From assembly GCF_006345805.1 (NCBI RefSeq), contig NW_021824578.1, positions 1 through 18,095 of the forward strand: DNA of 18,095 nt, written 5' to 3'. Position numbers and translations under genes: made by a program. The notes under the pieces are model-generated. The model saw nothing but the letters and a program-made list of their open reading frames with translations, was not told the origin of the DNA and did not search any database. How positions within the stretch are numbered: position 1 is the first letter of the stretch; each line of letters starts with the position of its first letter. Positions 10,484 through 18,095 of the stretch are shown one piece after another. The DNA comes from Octopus sinensis. Its lineage: Eukaryota.

Positions 10484-11194
10484 GAGCTGGCAGAAACGTT
10501 AGCATGACGGGCGAAATGCTTAGCCGTATTTCGTCTGCCGTTTCGGTCTGAGTTCAAATTCCGCCGAGATCGACTTTGTCTTTCATCCTTTCGGGGTCGA
10601 TAAATTAAGTACCAGTTACGCACTGGGTCGATGTAATCGACTTAATACCTACGTCTGTCCTTGTTTGTCCTCTCTGTGTTTAGCCCCTTGTGGGTAGTAA
10701 AGAAATAGGTAATTTGTCTGCTGTTATGTTCTGAGTTCAAATTCCGCCGAGGTCGACTTTGCCTTTCATCCTTTCGGGATCGATAAATTAAGTACAGTTA
10801 CAGTTACGCTGGGTCGATGTAATCGACTTAATACCTATGTCTGTCCTTGTTTGTCCTCTCTGTGTTTAGCCCCTTGTGGATAGTAAAGAAATAAGTATTT
10901 CGTCTGCCGTTACGTTCTGAGTTCAAATTCCACCGAGATCGACTTTGCCTTTCCTCCTTCCGGAATCGATAAATTAAGTACCAGTTACGCACTGGGGTCG
11001 ATGTAATCGACTTAATACCTTCGTCTGTCCTTATTTGTCCTCTCTGTGTTTAGCCCCTTGTGGGTAGTAAAGAAATAGGTATTTCGTCTGCCGTTACGTT
11101 CTGAGTATCGACTTTGCCTTTCCTCCTTCCGGAATCGATAAATTAAGTACCAGTTACACACTGGGCTCGATGTAATCGACTTAATCCGTTTGTC
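10484..11194 (+). mobile_element. SINE family B head-to-tail multimer: one head, 3 full units (starts 10526, 10709, 10895) and 1 partial unit (11079)
   Basis: Units of 183, 186 and 184 bp are joined at aagaaata|(g/a)gta.tt.gtctgc. Box A is present only in the first. Confidence 0.95.
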
Positions 11195-11764
11195 TTAATC
11201 CGTGGAAATTATTTAAAAAAACTGCCGGTCAAACCGAAAAGGCCCCATTCTTCCAACGGTATCACGATCACTATCAGCCTCAGGTTTTCTGCGAATTGCA
11301 TTTCTGGCAGCATTAGCTGGTAACCTTTGCTTCAGCTGCACTCAGAGCACACTTGCGTTTGCCAGCAGAGAATTGTGTAGGCGGAAACATCTTTTCTGTA
11401 ACCTATAAAAATACCAGGGAGGAAAAATGCTAAGGAAAAACAGAAGAAAAAGAACAAACAAACATTTAACACGGTATATGAAAAGTGGTGTTGTAGAATG
11501 AAATTATCTCTGTCTGGTACAGATCTGTAGCTTTAGGTTTCAGGGGAAATTGTAAAAATGTGATAAATTCAAGAAATATAAGATATAAAGTATTTGAGTG
11601 ACACGACTGGGAAATGTAAACAAGGATAGTATTTTGTGATAGATATTTTTTTAAAAATAAAATATCTTTTGATGTCAAACTTCCGAAGACACTGATGAAT
11701 TTTTATGAGGAGCAGTAAGTTTTAAGAGAGTGAGAAGAGGAAGAATGATGAAAGTGAAGTAGTA

Positions 11765-12017
11765 AGAGAGAGAGAGAGAGAGAGGATGAGAGGATTTAGA
11801 AAGGAAAATAAATAACGTTATTGTTTATTTATTTAACGACAGAGCCATACCTGTATGCATCTCTCACTTCTCCCCTCTCTATCCATCTCCCTCTCTTTCT
11901 CTCCCTCTCTCTATCTCTCTCTCTCTCTCTCTGAATACACACACGCACACACACGCGCACACACAATCACACACAAACAAAAAAATGCACAATATTATAT
12001 ATATATATATATATATA
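11765..12017. repeat. (AG)n, (CT)n, (CA)n and (TA)n microsatellite cluster
   Basis: Read directly from the sequence. Confidence 0.85.
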
Positions 12018-12204
12018 TGGGTGTTTGAAAATGTTTAACGAAAGCGGTCACACACTAGAAAAAAATACCTCTTTCCCAAAAAGGTTAGTGATATCCCCAT
12101 AAAAGATTTCCTGACATTTTAAATAAAAAATCAGTTTACACTTCAAAAACTGTATTAAGTAATCCTCATAGACTTGTATACTTGTATACTCTCCCTCTCC
12201 TCTA

Positions 12205-12211
12205 TGTATAG

Positions 12212-12289
<78 letters not shown>

Positions 12290-12513
12290 ATCTATATATA
12301 TATATATAATATATATATATGAATAAAAGATTTAGACTGATACATTCATCTATGTATAAAATATATGTATATAAACATATATCAATATATTTATATAAAT
12401 ATGGATATATATTTTATATATATATGAAATTATATACACATATGTATATGTATACACATATATACATATACATGTTGTTATATGTTTATGTATATGTGTG
12501 TATATGTGTATAT
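12205..12513. repeat. Long degenerate (TA)n-rich tract
   Basis: Read directly from the sequence. Confidence 0.9.
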
Positions 12514-12672
12514 AGGGAGAGTTTACGATAAAAAACAAGAGACCAAGACAGGTGGTGTACAAAACAAGCAGATGTATTAGTATAACGCTCAGGAATAGAA
12601 AAAGTCTTTTACGTTTCGAGCCTACGCTCTTCTTCAGAAAGGGACACAGAAAAAACAAGGAGAGAAAAAAAT
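12514..12672 (-). mobile_element. Short hammerhead-bearing interspersed repeat (copy 3)
   Basis: Same family as 7481-7640 in the opposite orientation; its 3' end abuts the TA-rich tract. Confidence 0.85.
12606..12641 (-). ncRNA. Minimal type-I hammerhead ribozyme motif, intact core
   Basis: Helix I CUUU/AAAG; CUGAAGA plus extra A; helix II GAGC(GUAG)GCUC; GAAA; palindromic ACGU; predicted GUA cleavage between 12610 and 12609. Confidence 0.8.
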
Positions 12673-12820
12673 GTGTGTCGTGGCTAACAATCCATCATGG
12701 TGACCGTGAATATATGTGTATATATGCTACATATGCATATATATAAAGACAAACAAAAAAAGATATATATGTATGTATGTATGTATGTATATGCATACAT
12801 ACATACATATATATATACAT

Positions 12821-12885
12821 GGGGTCGATTTCTTTGACTAAAAAGACCCTTCAAGCCGGTACCCCAGACTGTCCTGAAATAAACA
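12821..12885 (+). mobile_element. Diverged SINE family A tail fragment
   Basis: ggggtcgatttctttgactaaaaagacccttcaagccggtacccca resembles ggggtcgatttactcgactagaaggcggtgctcca. Confidence 0.6.
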
Positions 12886-12924
12886 TAGAGAACCCCACCA
12901 CTGTTATTGAATACATACACATAC

Positions 12925-13069
12925 ATCAACAGAAAGAATATTGGGGGAAACACTCCTATCAAAACGTCTACCGAGAACCAACATAACAAACTAGAAATAG
13001 TCGTTTGGGGCAGACGAATACCAGCGAATACCGTCGTCGAGGTCAGCCGCACTGTTGATGTGAATGTCT
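12925..13069 (-). other. Possible exon (unassigned)
   Basis: Strong polypyrimidine acceptor (tcctcttctgtctttttgatttccgaag) and a gtatgt donor. One open frame gives TFTSTVRLTSTTVFAGIRLPQTTISSLLCWFSVDVLIGVFPPIFFLL; another gives terminal DIHINSAADLDDGIRWYSSAPNDYF*. No homolog recognised. Confidence 0.25.
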
Positions 13070-13163
13070 CTTCGGAAATCAAAAAGACAGAAGAGGATAA
13101 ACACGGTAAACTGCTTCGAAACCTCCAGCTTTCCAGATTATAAATTCACATTTATATCAATAA

Positions 13164-13555
13164 CTAGCAGTATCGCCCGGCGTTGCTCGGGCTTGTAAGG
13201 GAAATAACTAAATAAGCATTTTTAGAGAGTTATAGTAAAAAAATAGCAAAAAAATGTATTTAAAATGGAAATAAAATGATGGTAATTTTTTTTTTAAATC
13301 GTTGACTTATCGTAGACATTTTTAGAGAGTTACTTCCCTTATATAATAGCGAATAAAATGCATTAAAATGGAAAAAAATGATGGTAATTTTTTTTTTTAA
13401 TCGTAGACGCGCGCTAATATCCAGAAGGGCTCGATATGAATCACGACTATAAGATACCCGGTTTTGGTTAAACTGCACCGCAAAATGTGGGAGTAGTTAG
13501 GAATCTAAATCGAAGGGGATAGACACTCACACAACTACAGTTTTATATATAAAGA
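13164..13555 (-). mobile_element. Non-autonomous Helitron
   Basis: Minus strand begins A|TC (tctttatatataaaa) and ends CTAG|T, with a GC hairpin GCCCG(A)GC-AAC-GC-CGGGC 7 nt upstream of CTAG. No TSD. Internal ~100-bp duplication at 13217-13316 and 13317-13407. Confidence 0.85.
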
Positions 13556-13934
13556 TAAATGGTAGATTTGGTTTTGTGGGTGACTGTCTAAGTTGACAAC
13601 CTGAATAGGGTAGTGCTTTACAGGAAAAGAAATCAACCACGTAACACGGGGGCATTATTGTAAAAACAGGCCCAAGACGTAACAAATTAAAAATGTGTTT
13701 GTTTTTGTTATTTCTATTCCGACAATGGACCTTTGTATGTTTGTCAGAAAGCAGCTCCTTCCTTTCAAGAACTCTTCAAATAATTTAGAATATAAAAGGA
13801 AATACATACGTATATACATATGTGGCTATGTACACACAAACAAGAATTAGATTCCCTTGAAATTACTTCGTGCATAAAAACTAATGTTTAAAAGGAGACG
13901 GCTCGAAACACTTTATATACGCAATGTAGTATAT

Positions 13935-14150
<216 letters not shown>

Positions 14151-15027
14151 ACCAACGCTCATATATACAGTTTAATGTACGTATTCATAGACATGTCATT
14201 GCATACAGGAGGTTACATATTAAAATGGGAATAGAGTGTTACGCCTGAACAATATTATAAGTATTTGAATTTTGACGGGAAATACGACAGGGAATTATTT
14301 ATGGACTAAATCCCCACTTAAGAAAGCATAGTTCAAGAATAGAGCAGAGAACAATGTTCAATCATTTCCGACATTGACTAGTAAAAAGATGTGTCATTTA
14401 TAGAAGTTCTCTTGCTCATTACGGAAACGAAATACGCAGACGATATCTGCAAAAAACTTTTAGTTCAGCAGAGAATGTCAAATGTTAACCCATCGAAATA
14501 GCAGACTGGTAGATCAATATTGAAACTGAAAAACGGTAAAAAGTAGAGAGTAAATCAATGAAATTTTCGTTTCTCTCATTATTTGTTGGAGACGTATTTG
14601 TGATTTACACTTGTGAACCTATGTCTCAATTCATTTTGTTATATTCTTTTTTCTCGTTTCAACGAGACAGAGAAGAAATGTAAGACGTGGCAGATAATTA
14701 ATTCACAAATGAAATTGCGTTAGCTGAACATTAAATAAAAAGTATTAAAGTGTAAATAACATAAGAGAGAGGTAAATTCAATAAAAACAACCAAACAAAC
14801 GAAATGCTCATTAAAGAAATAGTTTTGCTGTAGAGCAGAAAATAAAACACAAGTCAGATTAATAACAAATAGGCACAAAAATACGATTCTGCTTATATAC
14901 GTTTAATAGGATGACTTTGTTAGAGATATATATGGAGAACGTGTGAGAAAATGGATTGTGATCGATACTCTGAGAGAGACTTAAGGAGAAACACTAGTGC
15001 CGTCAACACCGTAAGATGATACAGTTT

Positions 15028-15033
15028 TATATA

Positions 15034-15091
<58 letters not shown>

Positions 15092-15258
15092 TATAACATT
15101 AAATAGAATACTGCTGCGTATAAATGCATGTCTAAAAGAAGATCTATCGAAGCCACTCGTATATATGTACATTCATACATGTACGTATGCATGCATGTAT
15201 GTATGCATGTATGTAGTATGTATGTATGTATGTAGTATGTATGTATGTATGTATGTAT
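15028..15258. repeat. (TA)n (15028-15083) and (TATG)n-like (~15175-15258) microsatellites
   Basis: Read directly from the sequence. Confidence 0.85.
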
Positions 15259-15467
15259 GTTCTCAGGGAGGTTCGGCGTGACACAAAATGTGACAAGGCT
15301 GGCCCTTTGAAATACAGGTACAACTCATTTTTGCCAGTTGAGTGACGTGTGATGGAGCAACGTGTGATGAAGTGCCTTGCTGAAGGACACGACGCACAAC
15401 CAGGAATCGAACCCCCGACCTTACAACCGTGAGCTGAATACCTTAGCCACTAAGCCACGCGCCTTCC
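15259..15467 (-). mobile_element. SINE family D (same head as family C, different 3' module), 3'-truncated at (TATG)n
   Basis: Box A TGGCTTAGTGG and box B GGTTCGATTCC. Shares ...gctggcaaaaatgagt with C, then continues tgtacctgtatttcaaagggccagccttgtcaca. Confidence 0.88.
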
Positions 15468-15666
15468 CACCTCTCTCTCTCTACACACACACACCACATA
15501 CACACACATATACACATAGAGAGAGAGAGGTAATTTATAGAGGCGGGTACCTTATGAGCACTCAGGTATAGCCAGTCCGTTTCGAACCCATTTGTGGACA
15601 GACCCTGAATGAAGGTGCACAGCTGAAAATAGCTGGCAGCAAATGCAGCTGCATATTCTCTATGCC

Positions 15667-15974
15667 TCTATGCAGCAGAAACACGTGTCGGTCATACAAC
15701 CTAATTATACTCTATGCAGCAGAAACACGTGTCGGTCATATAACCTAATTATACTCTATGCAGCAGAAACACGTGTCGGTCATATAACCTAATTATACTC
15801 TATGCAGCAGAAACACGTGTCGGTCATATAACCTAATTATACTCTATGCAGCAGAAACACGTGTCGGTCATATAACCTAATTATACTCTATGCAGCAGAA
15901 ACACGTGTCGGTCATATAACCTAATTATACTCTATGCAGCAGAAACACGTGTCGGTCATACAACCTAATTATAT
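15667..15974. repeat. Minisatellite, 7 x 44 bp
   Basis: Unit tctatgcagcagaaacacgtgtcggtcata(t/c)aacctaattatac starts at 15667, 15711, 15755, 15799, 15843, 15887 and 15931. Confidence 0.97.
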
Positions 15975-16147
15975 TCTATAATTAAATGTAAAAATATAAA
16001 TTAAAAGAAAAAAGCTTTCCGTTTATAATTAAATTTCTAAACCACGTTCAGTCATTAGTGACCTTTTCATGCGTTTACAGTCAAGTGTTTAGCTGTTGAA
16101 GAGAAGATTTTGTTTTGTGCAATTAGATTTAGGTTTGTCTATTCTCT

Positions 16148-16193
16148 GGAGGTGCATGGCTCAGTGGTTATGGTGTAGGATTCATGATCGTAA
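16148..16193 (+). mobile_element. SINE family C/D head fragment (box A only)
   Basis: ggaggtgcatggctcagtggttatggtgtaggattcatgatcgtaa resembles the C head ggaggcgcgtggcttagtggttagggtgtcagcaccatgatcgtaa. Confidence 0.7.
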
Positions 16194-16207
16194 TACTGCG
16201 TATTATA

Positions 16208-16505
16208 GCTGGTAATAACGTCAGCAGGCCGGGCGAAATGCTTAACAGTATTTCGTCTGCCGTTTCGGTCTGAGTTCAAATTCCGCCGAGGTCGACTTTG
16301 CCATTCATCTTTTCGAGGTCGATTAAATAAGTACCAGTTATGCACTGGGGTCGATGTAATCGACTTAATATCTATGTCTGTCCTTGTTTGTCCACTCTAT
16401 ATTTAGCTCCTTGTGGGTAATAAAGAAATAGGCATTTTGTCTGCTATTACGTTCTGAGTTCAAATTCCGCATTTTGCCCGGTGTGTTAACGATCCTACAA
16501 GCTCG
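16208..16505 (+). mobile_element. SINE family B copy with partial second unit (16431-16470) and an inverted head (16469-16505)
   Basis: Same tail-to-unit junction as the 10484 array. The reverse complement of 16469-16504 matches the family B head at 27/36 positions by hand. Confidence 0.88.
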
Positions 16506-16672
16506 TTGTCTTTAAACACTGTTCATATTGAAAAATCTTAACCGTTTACGTAATACCTAATTACTTTCCATACGTGAGGGGGTGTTCTCTGGAAATTAAC
16601 ACAAAAATTATTTAGCAAACTTTAATAAAGTATTCGAACTAGATTAGAATACCGAATACGAATCACATCTTG

Positions 16673-16709
16673 CCGGAAGTTCGCTACTATATCAACCCAC
16701 CGGAAGTTC
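16673..16709 (+). promoter_or_regulatory. Two tandem ETS-type motifs (ccggaagttc x2), possible promoter
   Basis: CCGGAAGT at 16673 and 16700 in otherwise non-repeat sequence; motif evidence only. Confidence 0.25.
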
Positions 16710-16936
16710 ACAAGATGATGTCTCACGAACGCGGGAATAACCAACAGCTATAGGAATTACTTCTACGAGTCAGTTACATCGAAAGATTGCCTACGGATAT
16801 GAAACTTTAATTAACACAATGTAAAATGAATGGAATTATACTGAAAAACTAGATTTCTCTTCCTAACGTATCAAATTATTTTCCCTTTATTTCACAAGTT
16901 ATTCGTTAGGTGTTTTCTTCCATCCTTCCCACTTAT

Positions 16937-17106
16937 GTGGTACATGCTCGTGTAGTAAGTATCTGGCTTCCCAACCACATGGTTCTGGGTTCAATCCGGG
17001 TTCAGTCCTACTGTGTAGAACTTTGGGCAAGTGTCTTCTATAGCTTCGAGCCGACCAAAACCTTGTGAGTAGATTTGATAGATGGAAAATGAAAAGAAGC
17101 CCGTCG
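16937..17106 (+). mobile_element. SINE family A, 5' half, with duplicated box B
   Basis: gggttcaatcc-gggttcagtcc tandem at 16987-17008; CORE-like segment; ends at gaagcccgtcg before the microsatellite. Confidence 0.88.
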
Positions 17107-17137
<31 letters not shown>

Positions 17138-17145
17138 GTGTGTGT

Positions 17146-17181
<36 letters not shown>

Positions 17182-17213
17182 CATATGTATATATATATGT
17201 ATTAATATATATA

Positions 17214-17257
<44 letters not shown>

Positions 17258-17262
17258 ATATA
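17107..17262. repeat. Compound (TA)n/(TG)n microsatellite
   Basis: Read directly from the sequence. Confidence 0.92.
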
Positions 17263-17334
17263 TTTTACTTGTTTCAGTCATCTGACTGCAGCCATGCTGG
17301 AGCACCGCCTTTAGTCGAGCAAATCGACCCCGAA
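17263..17334 (-). mobile_element. SINE family A 3' end
   Basis: ttttacttgtttcagtcatctgactgcagccatgctggagcaccgcctttagtcgagcaaatcgacccc. Confidence 0.9.
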
Positions 17335-17337
17335 TTT

Positions 17338-17662
17338 ACCTCTCATCCTTTCGGGGTCGATAAAACCAGTTACGCACTGGGGTCGATGTAATCGGCTTAA
17401 TCCCTTTATCTGTTTTTGTTTGTCCCCTCTATGTTTAGCCCCTTGTGGACAATAAAGAAATAAGAAACGTTAGCACGCCGGGCAAAATGTTTCAGCGGTC
17501 CGTCACTACGTTCAGAGTTCAAATTCCACCGAGGTCGACTTTGCCTTTCATCCTTTCGGGGTCGATAAATTAAATACCAGTTACGTACTGGGGTAGATCG
17601 AATCGACTGGCCCCTTCCTCGCAAAAGTTCGTGCTTTGTGCCTAGAGTAGAAGAAAAGAATA
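17338..17662 (+). mobile_element. SINE family B dimer: 5'-truncated unit, then a unit restarting at agaaacgttagc (17463) with an alternative tail
   Basis: Homologous to the other B copies. The second unit ends cccttcctcgcaaaagttcgtgctttgtgcctagagtagaa instead of the usual tail. Confidence 0.85.
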
Positions 17663-17819
17663 TATTTAATTTGTGAAATTGTACCTTCACATTTTTTTAT
17701 TTTTCATAAATATAAACACACAAAATAAAGCTATTCTCCATTTATTTTTAAAGTTTCATCTTGATTTAATAACATATATATATATATATATATATATGTT
17801 GAACTGTATGTATGTGTGT

Positions 17820-18030
17820 GTGTCTGTGTTTGTCCCCAACCACCGCTTAACAATCAACGTTGGTGTGTTTGCGTTCCCATAATTTAGCGGTTCGGCCATG
17901 GAGACCGATAGAATAAGTTCCTTGAATGTAAAAAAAAACAAGTACTGGAGTCCGTTCATTCGACTAAAATTCTGCAAGGCAGTGCTCCAGTATGGCTGCA
18001 CTCTAACGAATGAAACAAACAGAAGGATAA
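17820..18030 (+). mobile_element. Diverged SINE family A-related 3' half
   Basis: tgtttgtcccc...ggtgtgttt...gcggttcggc...gaccgatagaataagt...ttcgactaaaa...gtgctccagtatggctgca...gaaacaaa is collinear with the 3' half of family A. Confidence 0.8.
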
Positions 18031-18095
18031 ATGAATAATATTATATATTTTAATATTGTAAATAAATAAATAATAAATATATATATATATATATA

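Noticed and set aside
10471-11212. TSD around the SINE B array (gtggaaa at 10471 and 11202)
   Set aside because: Only 7 bp and not flush with the left end. The RTE frame cannot be followed convincingly past the array.
11330-11385. Cytochrome P450 heme motif in FSAGKRKC (minus strand)
   Set aside because: The Gly two residues after Cys is missing, downstream residues do not fit, and a stop follows shortly.
15667-15974. CRISPR array
   Set aside because: Units are directly adjacent with no unique spacers, there are no cas genes, and the context is eukaryotic; it is a minisatellite.

Overview
AT-rich eukaryotic DNA, dense in microsatellites and made mostly of transposable-element debris. No host protein-coding gene can be called with confidence, and most ORF-track entries are translated microsatellites. 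The tRNA-derived SINEs match my memory of Octopus (coleoid cephalopod) repeats; that assignment is unverified inference. Contents: four SINE families (labelled A-D here), an RTE-type LINE fragment interrupted by three SINE insertions, a fragment of a probable RLE-type (R4/Dong-like) LINE, an internally deleted mariner, a second Tc1/mariner-superfamily remnant, a non-autonomous Helitron, an old MITE-like element, a ~560-bp foldback and a 7x44-bp minisatellite. The most interesting signal is five minimal type-I hammerhead ribozyme-like motifs. Three lie in short microsatellite-flanked repeats (two with intact cores). Two lie in the arms of the foldback and carry an apparently compensatory U3-A8 core variant. 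SINE family B also forms head-to-tail multimers and fold-back junctions repeatedly.
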